Assembly: GCA_040217195.1 (NCBI GenBank)
Contig: JAVJNR010000003.1
Location: forward strand, 384,001-448,000
Direction: 5' to 3'
DNA: 64,000 nt
Source: Leptospiraceae bacterium
GTDB taxonomy: Bacteria > Spirochaetota > Leptospiria > Leptospirales > Leptonemataceae
Shown here: piece by piece, positions 10,585-21,371 of the stretch
Position numbering within the stretch: position 1 is the first letter of the stretch
Layout of the letters: each line of letters starts with the position of its first letter
The notes under the pieces: generated by a model
What the model saw: only the letters and a program-made list of their open reading frames with translations
Databases searched by the model: none
What the model was told of the DNA's origin: nothing
Made by a program: the position numbers and the translations under genes

Positions 10585-10968
10585 TCAGTCCCTCAGCAAA
10601 TAGTTTGCCAGGACCTGGAGCAAATACTTTTTCTGAAATGGCTTTTTGACCCGGCCGGCAAAACCGGCCTCTATTAGTTTGCTAATAAACTCAGAGCCAT
10701 CATGCGCGCTTAATGCTAGCACGGGCGGTATGGGCAGGCCTTCCCTTTTTATATTATCCTGGAGGCTTTTCATAACTGCAAAGCCATCAGATCCCATAAG
10801 CTCAATGTCCAGCAATATGAGATCAAAGGTTTCTTTCTGTAATACTTCCAGAGCCTCAGACTCAGAACCTACTGCTCGCACTTCCAGATGGCCTGCACAA
10901 AAGGTCTGGACCAGCTCACGAATAGCCTCGCTGTCATCAATCAGCAGAATAGTGCTTGCCTCTTTCAT
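10585..10968 (-). CDS. Single-domain response regulator (CheY-like receiver)
   Basis: LLIDD, phosphoacceptor LILLD, ALSA and KPF motifs; ATG 10968 preferred. Confidence 0.9.
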   Translation of the reverse strand: MKEASTILLIDDSEAIRELVQTFCAGHLEVRAVGSESEALEVLQKETFDLILLDIELMGSDGFAVMKSLQDNIKREGLPIPPVLALSAHDGSEFISKLIEAGFAGRVKKPFQKKYLLQVLANYLLRD

Positions 10969-11034
10969 GAAGTTACCTTGATCCCGGGGTCTGGTACCGA
11001 ATGCAGAAAATGAGCCAGTCATTGTCGAGATCAA

Positions 11035-12108
11035 TCATCCCAGGGAAGTCCCCAGGGCTTGAATGTCCGCCTGAAGGAGATCATGGCTAGATTTCATTTT
11101 CAAGGATTCAAGGTCCATAGTGTATATATCCAGAGCATCGGCTTTACCAGCAGGCTTGTATTTTCCCACTCTTCGAATTGCGGGCAATCCGGCTACGGGA
11201 TTTTCCCGGGCGGATTGCAGCGTGGCAGAATCGAAAATTAAGAACCAGCCGGCTTTTCGCGTCACTCCTTCCAGACGTGCAGCCGTATTCACTGTATCGC
11301 CTAGAAGAGTGTAGTCCATATAAAAGGATGAACCGATGTTTCCTTCCAGAACTCTACCTGTGGCAAGTCCAACACCTGCAAATAGCAGTCGCAGAGGATT
11401 ATCTGCCTCCGGGGACTTGCTTCGCAATTGCTGTAAAGCATCCAGAAGCTTAGCCGATGCCTGCAGCGCATTCCCGGCATTCGCACCGGGCCAGTAAGCC
11501 ATAATTCCATCTCCGGTTAACTTGGAAATGATACCTCCGTGCTCCTGGATGGCGCTCAGGCAGCTATCGTAAAACCGATGTAGGACCATGGTGGCTGCTT
11601 CCACCGGCCAGCTTTCAAAGATGCTGGTAGAGCGAAATAGATCCACGAACATCACAGTTCTGTCCTGATAACTGGCAGGTATCTCCTCCGGATTTCCACC
11701 GGATTCAATCTCCTGGAGAACTCGCCGGGGAGTGTAGCGTTCCAGAGTGCGATGAGTACCGGCCAGACTGGCAAGGAGGTTACGAATGGGCCGCATCAGA
11801 GGGTCTGTAGACTCATCGAGAATTACAGTTCGCATTTCCCATTCGCTGTACTTTCGTCGATCTATATCGGATTCAACCTGAAGTATAAACACCTTACTGT
11901 GCCGATCATCCTTTTCGATCCTGGAGAAACAGCGATCCACGGTTTCTGCTTCGCCTTCAAGAATCTGATAGAAAATATTCCTGAAGCAAAACAGGGCACC
12001 GGTCAATCCATCTCGCTTATTATTCCTTATAGAAACTTCACTAATTGAATCCAGGTCATCAAGGCTGAGGGGTCGGCTGAAGTTGGAAATGTATGTGATT
12101 CGCTTCAT
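11035..12108 (-). CDS. Photoactivated adenylyl cyclase (BLUF + class III cyclase; bPAC-like)
   Basis: BLUF motifs YIS, RNN..DGLTG, FYQILEG, DDRH, W.M; cyclase MFVD, KLTGDG, DYTLLGDTVNTAARLE. Confidence 0.93.
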   Translation of the reverse strand: MKRITYISNFSRPLSLDDLDSISEVSIRNNKRDGLTGALFCFRNIFYQILEGEAETVDRCFSRIEKDDRHSKVFILQVESDIDRRKYSEWEMRTVILDESTDPLMRPIRNLLASLAGTHRTLERYTPRRVLQEIESGGNPEEIPASYQDRTVMFVDLFRSTSIFESWPVEAATMVLHRFYDSCLSAIQEHGGIISKLTGDGIMAYWPGANAGNALQASAKLLDALQQLRSKSPEADNPLRLLFAGVGLATGRVLEGNIGSSFYMDYTLLGDTVNTAARLEGVTRKAGWFLIFDSATLQSARENPVAGLPAIRRVGKYKPAGKADALDIYTMDLESLKMKSSHDLLQADIQALGTSLG

Positions 12109-12275
12109 TTTTCCAGATTCTAGAAATGCCACGGAGAGTCAATCTCCCGATCTGGAGGGTGTTCCGCCCTACACATAGAATCAGCGCAATCCGGTGGTCC
12201 GGGAAATAGGCTGACAAGAAATTATACAGGCTGAGAGTTGCGAAGTTTTCACCTGTTCTGGCCGAGAAAGCATTC

Positions 12276-13490
12276 ATGAATCGCACCAATAGATTTCAAA
12301 AAACCACCGCCCTCCTCCTACTTGGCATTCTAACCCAATCTTCTCAGATTTCTTGCCTGAAGCCTGTTTGCGATGAACGCGACCCAAATTGTAATGTCTG
12401 GGCCTGGCTCTATGTAATTCCACCTAGATGCTTTGACGCTGCAGTGGCAAATACAACGGGAGTAGCGGACTATATCTATTTAAATGACGGACAAGGTAAT
12501 TTCGCCACCAGGGTCCTTTTCAGTGGTGATGGCTTCAATGGAACCGGAATCGCAAGCGAAGATATTGATGGAAATGGATTCGCGGATTTGTTTGTGGCCA
12601 ATGGAACCGCCGGAATAAACCGGTACTATCTCAACAAATCCAACGCATCTGGATTTTTTGATGGTTTCAATGCGGCCAGCGACACAGATAATTCCACCGC
12701 TGCCACTCTGGCTGACTTCAATGGCGATGGCTGGGTGGATGCTCTGGTGGTCAACTCCGGCGGAGTACCTCCGCGACTCTATTTGAACGATGGATTTGGC
12801 GGCTATCCGGCGGGTTTCAATGCCGGTACCGATACCCTCCCGGCCACAGGCGTAGACTCGGGAGATCTTGATGGAGATGGGGACATCGATGCATTTGTCA
12901 CAAACACAACAGGCAATGTTAATCGGGTATATTTGAACGATGGTCTGGGCAATTTCTCACTCAGTGACGCCTCCTCGCCAGATACAAATAACAGTCGTGA
13001 TATAGTGCTGGGTGATCTGGATGGCGATGGAGATCTGGATGCCTTCGTTGTAAACGATGCAGGTCCAACAAGCAAGATATACGTAAACGCAGGGAATGGA
13101 ACGTTTTCAGTCCAGAACGCCGGCCCAGATGTTAGCACTCACCTGGGCTTAGATCTGGGCGATCTGGATGGCGACGGGGATCTGGATGCATTTGCAGTCT
13201 CCAATGCTGGGCCGGTCCTAATCTTTAGAAATGAGGGAGGACTTATTTTCACCGAAATAAACCCCACTACAGATGCCGATACCGGATCAGATATAGCCCT
13301 GGGAGACCTGGATGGGGACGGAGATCTGGATGCATTCGCTGCGAACGACGCCGGGGGACAGGCCAATCGAGTCTATATCAACGATGGATCGGGTCAGTTC
13401 CTTTCGCGGGTGGCCAGTGTCGATGCCAATCCAAGCTCGGACGTTGTATTAACCGAGTTTCATGGACCAGGCTGTCAGAACATTCAGTAA
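12276..13490 (+). CDS. FG-GAP/VCBS-repeat beta-propeller, probable lipoprotein
   Basis: Six DxxGxGxxD Ca-binding repeats (four GDLDGDGD[IL]DAF); signal peptide ending in Cys. Confidence 0.88.
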   Translation: MNRTNRFQKTTALLLLGILTQSSQISCLKPVCDERDPNCNVWAWLYVIPPRCFDAAVANTTGVADYIYLNDGQGNFATRVLFSGDGFNGTGIASEDIDGNGFADLFVANGTAGINRYYLNKSNASGFFDGFNAASDTDNSTAATLADFNGDGWVDALVVNSGGVPPRLYLNDGFGGYPAGFNAGTDTLPATGVDSGDLDGDGDIDAFVTNTTGNVNRVYLNDGLGNFSLSDASSPDTNNSRDIVLGDLDGDGDLDAFVVNDAGPTSKIYVNAGNGTFSVQNAGPDVSTHLGLDLGDLDGDGDLDAFAVSNAGPVLIFRNEGGLIFTEINPTTDADTGSDIALGDLDGDGDLDAFAANDAGGQANRVYINDGSGQFLSRVASVDANPSSDVVLTEFHGPGCQNIQ

Positions 13491-13547
13491 TTTCAGAATT
13501 ATAGGTTATATTGTGGAAGCAATGCCAGGACAGTCCAGGCGAACCCA

Positions 13548-13578
13548 ATAAAAAAGGCGCGATCGAAACCGCGCCTTA
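13548..13578 (-). terminator. Intrinsic terminator downstream of groEL
   Basis: aaggcgcg-atcgaaac-cgcgcctt inverted repeat next to an A-run (T-run on the minus strand). Confidence 0.7.
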
Positions 13579-13681
13579 ATAGTGCCGTTACCTTGATTTC
13601 TCAGAACCTCTGAGCCCTGAGGCCCGAGCAGCTGAGTCGGGCCCCTGATCGGGGCCCTCGGCAACAGAGAATGGGGGAAAA

Positions 13682-15609
<1,928 letters not shown>

Positions 15610-15633
15610 AGTCGTTTTCCTCCTGAAAAACCA

Positions 15634-15660
15634 TTAGCAGTTGATAAAATAGTCTGCTAA
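15634..15660. promoter_or_regulatory. CIRCE-like HrcA operator (proximal)
   Basis: TTAGCAGTT-N9-GTCTGCTAA vs consensus TTAGCACTC-N9-GAGTGCTAA, just upstream of groES. Confidence 0.8.
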
Positions 15661-15715
15661 TCGATTCGCTAAATAAAGGCAACTAAGCAGGCTGACAAGC
15701 ATTTTTCGCAAATTT

Positions 15716-15742
15716 TTAGCAGAAGACCCTATCGACTGCCAG
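15716..15742. promoter_or_regulatory. Second, more degenerate CIRCE-like operator
   Basis: TTAGCAGAA-N9-GACTGCCAG; a minus-strand TTGTCA -35-like hexamer (15693-15698) lies between the two sites. Confidence 0.55.
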
Positions 15743-15777
15743 AATTGGCCAGGAGCCGCGGAATGCGACATCTGGAT

Positions 15778-15960
15778 GGATTATGTCACATTTTGGGGGG
15801 TAAACACGCGGTATTATGTCTCATTAGACCCCTCCGGCGGGCCGGATTATGTCTCATATCGGAGGTTTTCCCCCTGGATTCTCTCTCATATCGGTTCTGC
15901 CTGGTGCTGTATGATGTCAAATTCGGCTCTAACCCAGGCTAGATTCTCTCAGATGCCGGT
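15778..15960. repeat. Six-unit phased direct-repeat array, period 32-33 bp
   Basis: Core G(G/T)ATT(A/C)T(G/C)TC(T/A)CAT starting at 15778, 15811, 15844, 15876, 15909, 15941 with non-conserved spacers. Confidence 0.8.
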
Positions 15961-16573
15961 TTTGTAGTAAGCTAGAGGCTGGCGCAGGCCAACGGGCGGA
16001 CGAAACGAGATATGGAAGACAATAACCTGCTCTGGGTTCGTAATCCCCTGCCGGATAGCTCCTTGCCAATGAATACCGATCATGCCGGAGCAATGTATAT
16101 ATGGTTAACGCACAGATTGTTTTCCGGCATCCGCGCCGTGCAAAGCCTACCGACTTGGGAAAATTCTCTGGCAGTCTTTGCCTTAACCCGCATCTAACAA
16201 GAAATGAAACGAATCCGGCAGACGCAGATGGGAAAGTGCTCGGGCCAGCTTAGAGCAAATCGGATTTCGAATATCTGAAATCAAATATCCGCCCTGGCTC
16301 CGAGCCGTAAGTTATCGCCAGGCAGGCGCACCATTTCAAATCTTCTTTTCAGACTTATATTTCATACCCTCCCTTTTTGCGAAGAACTGAATGATCCATC
16401 AAACTATTGAGGCTTCCGGTAATACTTTGAAGCGAAACGGGATTACTGCGGATTTTCACATTCATTTTCAGGCTACGAGGATTCCCATTGGCAAATGCAA
16501 AAAAGCATTGCCCGGCAATTCGCATCTTCTCAATATCTGATGGGAATTCAATAGATGCTTGAACCTACAGCTT

Positions 16574-17830
16574 ATGAAGAAATCTCTATGCATAACCCTG
16601 TCCCTGATCGGGATTTTTTCATTGATCCATCCCTGGTTGCTCGCAGCTCCTCAGACCAATCAACCAGCAGAAAGCGAAAAAGGACAAAGCGTTGGCTATC
16701 CGATCATAGATACCAACCAGAAACTCTTCTTCGACGAAGAACGAACGATCCATCCGCCGGCGATTGGTGATCCATTTTATGGACAGGATGCTTCTTTCTC
16801 CGGGTTAACACCGTCCTATACAGCTCTGGACAATGGCACGGTAAGGGACAATCATACCGGCCTGATCTGGGAAAGGAAGTATCGAGTAATGACTCAGCAA
16901 GACGCGCTGAAGGAACTGGAGCGAATCAACCAGTCCTCTCCGGGAGACTGGAGACTGCCTTCCATAAAGGAGGCCTACTCTCTCATAGATTTCAGTGGTA
17001 AGGATCCCAGCGGACCGCCACCGTTTCGCACTGACGGTGCTCGGCCATTTATCAATACTGACTTTTTCGATTTCCAATACGGGGCTAATGGAAATCGGCC
17101 CATCGATGCTCAAATGCTAACCTCTACAATTTATCGAGGTCGAACCATGGGGCACAACCGCACCGTTTTTGGAGTTAATTTCGCCGATGGCCGGATCAAA
17201 GGCTATCCAATCGTCCATCCTCGAGGAAAGATGAAATTCATGGTTCGCTTTGTGCGAGGTAATAAAGAATATGGGAAGAACGTTTTCCAGAAGAATGAAG
17301 ACGGAACGATTACAGACCACGCCACGGGACTGATGTGGTCTCAGAGGGATAGCGGCACCGGTATGACCTGGAAGCAGGCCTTGCACTATGCGCAGGAAAT
17401 GAATCAGAAGAACTACCTGGGATATTCGGATTGGAGATTACCCGACGCGAAGGAACTTCACAGTATTGTAGACTATACCCGGTCACCACAGATGGATGAA
17501 TCGGCGGCTATCAGTCCGATCTTCCAGATCAGCACAATTCAGGGCGAAGATGGAAAGATCCGATGGCCCGGTTTCTGGACTTCCACAACGCATCAGAATA
17601 TTAGAAACGGACGAAGCGCAGTGTACATTTCCTTTGGCGAAGCGCTTGGTTATTTCGCTCCGCCGCACTCTGGCAGACCGCCCAGACTGATGGATGTTCA
17701 TGGAGCCGGAGCTCAAAGAAGCGATCCCAAGCAAGGTAATGCCCGGGACTATCCCAGAGGCCAGGGTCCTCAAGGAGATGTCATTCGTATCAATAACTAC
17801 GTTAGACTCGTCCGAAATGTAGATACCTGA
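16574..17830 (+). CDS. Exported Lcl-C/DUF1566 double-domain protein
   Basis: Two copies of GT(V/I).D..TGL.W...DWRLP..KE; signal peptide; YVRLVR C-terminus. Confidence 0.88.
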   Translation: MKKSLCITLSLIGIFSLIHPWLLAAPQTNQPAESEKGQSVGYPIIDTNQKLFFDEERTIHPPAIGDPFYGQDASFSGLTPSYTALDNGTVRDNHTGLIWERKYRVMTQQDALKELERINQSSPGDWRLPSIKEAYSLIDFSGKDPSGPPPFRTDGARPFINTDFFDFQYGANGNRPIDAQMLTSTIYRGRTMGHNRTVFGVNFADGRIKGYPIVHPRGKMKFMVRFVRGNKEYGKNVFQKNEDGTITDHATGLMWSQRDSGTGMTWKQALHYAQEMNQKNYLGYSDWRLPDAKELHSIVDYTRSPQMDESAAISPIFQISTIQGEDGKIRWPGFWTSTTHQNIRNGRSAVYISFGEALGYFAPPHSGRPPRLMDVHGAGAQRSDPKQGNARDYPRGQGPQGDVIRINNYVRLVRNVDT

Positions 17831-17853
17831 TAGAACTGGATAGATCTACTAGC

Positions 17854-18201
17854 TCACTCACCGTCGCATTCGCAGATTTCTACCACATCCTCTACTGTGC
17901 GTAGCATGTTCCGAAATGAGTCGATGAATGCTTTTCCATTCAGTTCGTAGTAGACCCATCGTTCCTCTTTTTTGCGCAATAGTAATCCGGCATCATACAG
18001 AACCTTTAAATGACGAGAAACTACAGTAGCATGCTGTGGCAATTGACCGGCCAGGGTCTTAACATCCGAACGCCCCAGAAGAGCCAATTGCTTGATAAGC
18101 TCCACTCGAACTGGCTCGGATAGGACTCCCAGGACGGGAGAAGAAAACACTTCATCCATTCTCTGCAGCACCTCAAGACGAGGATCTTTTTTCCGGGCCA
18201 T
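17854..18201 (-). CDS. ArsR/SmtB-family transcriptional regulator
   Basis: LSEPVRVELI, VSRHLKVLYDAGLL, RWVYYEL winged-HTH; C-terminal CEC. Confidence 0.9.
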   Translation of the reverse strand: MARKKDPRLEVLQRMDEVFSSPVLGVLSEPVRVELIKQLALLGRSDVKTLAGQLPQHATVVSRHLKVLYDAGLLLRKKEERWVYYELNGKAFIDSFRNMLRTVEDVVEICECDGE

Positions 18202-18248
18202 GCTTACCATCCCGGGCCCATCCAGGTCAAAGATCAATACAATCTTAC

Positions 18249-18277
18249 TTGACCTCAATCCATATATGCATTATTGT
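18249..18277 (+). promoter_or_regulatory. Sigma70-type promoter overlapped by an imperfect palindrome (putative ArsR operator)
   Basis: TTGACC-17 bp-TATTGT; overlapping ATATATGCA-ttattg-TGCACTTAT in the divergent intergenic region. Confidence 0.55.
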
Positions 18278-18283
18278 GCACTT

Positions 18284-18892
18284 ATGCACTCACCGAACGA
18301 ATCAAAGCATACGTTGATCATAGATGCCCATCCGGACCCGGAAAGCTTCAGCAGCGCCATCGCCCGAACTTCTCTGGAAACCCTGGGCCCGAACAATGCA
18401 ACAATACTGGAATTGAGAGACCTGAACTTTGATTTGAGCCTGAGGTATGGTTACCGAAAACGGATGGACCTGGAAGAAGATTTGCAGCAGGCCCAGCATC
18501 TGATTTCTGGAGCCAGGCATCTTATACTGGTGACTCCTGTATGGTGGGGCAGTGTCCCTGCGCTGCTAAAGGGCTTTTTGGACCGGGTTCTACTACCGGG
18601 TTTCGGTTTCAGATACAGGAAGAACTCAGCCCTGTGGGATAAGCTACTGAAGGGTCGCAGCGCACAGGTTTACATCACTATGGATTCCCCCTACTGGTGG
18701 TTTCGCTATGTCTACAAGAACCCCGCAATCAATATGCTCAAGAAAACTGTTCTAGAGTTCTGCGGATTCAGTCCTGTAAAAATTCGGGTTTTTGACCAGG
18801 TGAGATTTAGTGATACATCCAGACGACAGAGATGGCTGGAACGGGTGAGGAAGGAAAGCGGTGGTCTATTGCGACGGCGAATGTATGCTTAA
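18284..18892 (+). CDS. NAD(P)H-dependent oxidoreductase (flavodoxin-like fold, KefF/MdaB-type)
   Basis: IDAHPDPESFS, TPVWWGSVPALLKGFLDRV, KLLKGRSA motifs; ATG 18284 preferred. Confidence 0.92.
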   Translation: MHSPNESKHTLIIDAHPDPESFSSAIARTSLETLGPNNATILELRDLNFDLSLRYGYRKRMDLEEDLQQAQHLISGARHLILVTPVWWGSVPALLKGFLDRVLLPGFGFRYRKNSALWDKLLKGRSAQVYITMDSPYWWFRYVYKNPAINMLKKTVLEFCGFSPVKIRVFDQVRFSDTSRRQRWLERVRKESGGLLRRRMYA

Positions 18893-19548
18893 TTCATACC
18901 ACCCAGATCCAGAATACGCATTACTTCTTCTCTAGATATCACTTCCTTACCTTTCAGATCTATACCCCTGGACTCCCACCATTCCTTCCTTTCATTTCTG
19001 GAATTTCTTTCCTTGCCAAAGCGTTTCCATAACTCTGAGGGAATCTTCGCAGACAGTAGATCTGCATCCCGTTCCAGAAATATCAGGTAATCCGTAAGTA
19101 AATCCAGGACCAGACGATGGTGATGATGAAAGAAACGAAAGATTTCTGATAACTGGCGATTCCCGGCTTCGCGACTGTAAAAGGCAGCCACTGCAAAACA
19201 GCGGGATGGAACCCTGGATTTCCAGGCCAGAGTTTCGGATTCACCGTTTATTCTGTCCAGGGCCAGGGCCATGGTAAAGTGTTCTCCATTTATGCGAGAA
19301 ACAGTGACGATGGGAGCATTCTGGCCTATGTAAGGATCATGCCTGCGAATCGTGGAGTCCAGTTCTTCCACGTCATCAAAAAGCAGGTCTTCAATCTGTT
19401 GTTGGTATTCCCTGTCCAGGTGCCGCGCAAGCATACCAGATAGATACACTGTGTGTTCTGATTCCAGGGATGCCTTTCTTTGCTGCAGGAATCGCTCCAA
19501 CAACATCAGGTGAACCCTGTATACAGACTTCCAGGCCGAATTGGTCAT
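18889..19548 (-). CDS. Hypothetical protein
   Basis: 219-aa ORF with GAGGAG-type SD upstream; no recognised motif. Confidence 0.75.
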   Translation of the reverse strand: MTNSAWKSVYRVHLMLLERFLQQRKASLESEHTVYLSGMLARHLDREYQQQIEDLLFDDVEELDSTIRRHDPYIGQNAPIVTVSRINGEHFTMALALDRINGESETLAWKSRVPSRCFAVAAFYSREAGNRQLSEIFRFFHHHHRLVLDLLTDYLIFLERDADLLSAKIPSELWKRFGKERNSRNERKEWWESRGIDLKGKEVISREEVMRILDLGGMN

Positions 19549-19774
19549 ACTCCCTCCTCAGGCCCTGCGGTTCTACCGGATGCACCGCAGTGCCTAACCG
19601 ATACGCCGATCCTGCGGCTCGCAGCGTTTGTACACTGCTATTCTAAGCATCGTCCTTGAGCGCTGAAAATCAAGAAAAAACAGACATCCAGTCATAGAAA
19701 GAATCAGCGATTTCGCTTTTTCGGAGGTTACAATTTCAATGGACGAAGTGAATTAGTTAAAAAAAGGATGAACT

Positions 19775-20062
19775 ATGGAAGGTCCATGTCCACACTGCAC
19801 AACGTCCGGTGAGTATGAAGTGCTACAGAAGTTGGATCCACAGGCCGAATTCTGCAGATGCCCATTCTGTCAGCGCACCTACCTTCTGGCGGAACTAAGT
19901 CTGGATGCAATGTGCATAGAAAGCATCGAACAACTCATCTGGAAGGAGATGGATGATCCACCATCCGGAGATGCTCTGGGCTATGTTCTGGAGAATAAGC
20001 CCTACTATGCTTCCTCTCATGGAGGTTCTTACCACCGAATAGACGCTCGGACTCAAGGGTAG
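19775..20062 (+). CDS. Small putative zinc-ribbon protein
   Basis: CPHC...CPFC; AAGGA SD. Confidence 0.65.
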   Translation: MEGPCPHCTTSGEYEVLQKLDPQAEFCRCPFCQRTYLLAELSLDAMCIESIEQLIWKEMDDPPSGDALGYVLENKPYYASSHGGSYHRIDARTQG

Positions 20063-20084
20063 TACCCATGAGACAGCAGAGAAA

Positions 20085-20102
20085 GGCCCTGCAAGCAGGG
20101 CC
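20085..20102. terminator. Hairpin between convergent genes
   Basis: ggccctg-caag-cagggcc next to aaa. Confidence 0.45.
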
Positions 20103-20108
20103 CTGGAA

Positions 20109-20513
20109 TCAGTATTTTACAACGCGGGGCAGTTTTTTTGCCTGATTGATCCAGTCCTGAATTTTTGATTCACCTGGCATTTGGCGGACCAGTTTTTTCT
20201 TTTCATTGGTCTTGGCCATGGACTCGTACAGGTTGGCAGCCTTTCTCTGGGCAAGCTCCACCACAGTATCAACTCCAGCTTCTTCGAGCAGATCGGAGTA
20301 TTCCTCGCCAACGCCTTTGATTCGCATAAGATCGGAGTGATTAACCCATTCGAGAATTAGCTTGGGAGACAGGCCGGAATCCTTTGCAATTGTCTTACGA
20401 CCTTCAGGTGTAGACCCTTTTTGTAGCAGATCCCCAATCGATCGTACACCGGCTTTTCGCAAAGTGTTAGCATACTTGGGGCCGATGCCTTCGATTTCTT
20501 CTAATTTTGCCAT
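20109..20513 (-). CDS. DUF4332 helix-hairpin-helix protein
   Basis: IEGIGP, DLMRIKGVGEEYSDLLEEAGVDTVVELAQR, WINQAK; ATG 20513 with GAGG SD. Confidence 0.9.
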   Translation of the reverse strand: MAKLEEIEGIGPKYANTLRKAGVRSIGDLLQKGSTPEGRKTIAKDSGLSPKLILEWVNHSDLMRIKGVGEEYSDLLEEAGVDTVVELAQRKAANLYESMAKTNEKKKLVRQMPGESKIQDWINQAKKLPRVVKY

Positions 20514-20700
20514 CGTTTCAAACCTCGGGAAGTCAAATTTTACGTCATAGACGGTACGTTTCTTCAAAACTCAAACAGCTTTCGCCTATACGACGAAAAA
20601 TTGCGATGGTTCACGAATCTTTCATAAACAATTCTGCAAATTCTCCCTTTGACCAAAATAAACTTTGACATAGTTTACGAACCGGGTGCTCTTCTGCTTC

Positions 20701-21252
20701 ATGAAAGCATTTCTAAAATGGACCGGCATTGTGCTGGGCTCACTGATCGCTCTTTTCGTGCTCGTTGGACTCTTTTTGCCCGCGGAGTATTCGGCTTCTC
20801 GAAGCATCGAGATTCAAAAGCCCGTAGACCAGGTATTTCCTCTGGTAAACAGCTTGAAGGAACAACAGAAATGGTCCCCCTGGCGGGAAACAGATCCCAA
20901 TATGGAGATTAACTGGTCAGACAAGACTGTCGGTGAAGGGGCCAACTACAGCTGGAAGGGTCCTAAATCTGGCACCGGTTCCATGGAGATCGTGGAGAGC
21001 GTGGAAAACCAGAGCATAGATACGGCTCTGGATTTTCAGGAACAGGGTCAGGCCATGGCCAACTGGACATTCGAACCCATTTCTGAGGACTCGGTTAAAG
21101 TCACCTGGGCTTTCAGCGGCGATTCAGGATGGAACCTGATGGGCCGTTTTTTTGGACTGTTCATGGATTCATTGATCGGCCCCGATTTCGAAAGAGGATT
21201 GTCCAACTTGAAAAAGCTGGCGGAAACAGGCGAAGCAACCAATCAAATCTAA
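20701..21252 (+). CDS. SRPBCC/polyketide-cyclase-family membrane-anchored protein
   Basis: N-term TM, WSPW, GEGANYSW, IGPDFERGLSNLK. Confidence 0.88.
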   Translation: MKAFLKWTGIVLGSLIALFVLVGLFLPAEYSASRSIEIQKPVDQVFPLVNSLKEQQKWSPWRETDPNMEINWSDKTVGEGANYSWKGPKSGTGSMEIVESVENQSIDTALDFQEQGQAMANWTFEPISEDSVKVTWAFSGDSGWNLMGRFFGLFMDSLIGPDFERGLSNLKKLAETGEATNQI

Positions 21253-21371
21253 GCGCCAATCCTGCTGCATGCTCGAAGCCCACCCGGGAACCGAGCGTGC
21301 GCAGAACTGGATTGGGGCCCGGCATCCTTCATATTCAGTGAGCTGAAGGAATTTACGTTACAGAAACAATG

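Noticed and set aside
12850..13345. Recurring gatctggatggcga nucleotide repeats
   Set aside because: Fully explained by FG-GAP protein repeats
15778..15960. CRISPR array or DnaA-box cluster interpretation of the phased repeats
   Set aside because: Repeats (~14 bp, degenerate) and spacers (~18 bp) are too short for CRISPR and no cas genes are present; TTATGTCACA does not match the DnaA box TTATCCACA
15745..16197. Short ORFs 15745..15942, 15776..15967 and 16012..16197
   Set aside because: No clear SD or family motif; 32-bp steps break the apparent DYVS peptide repeat
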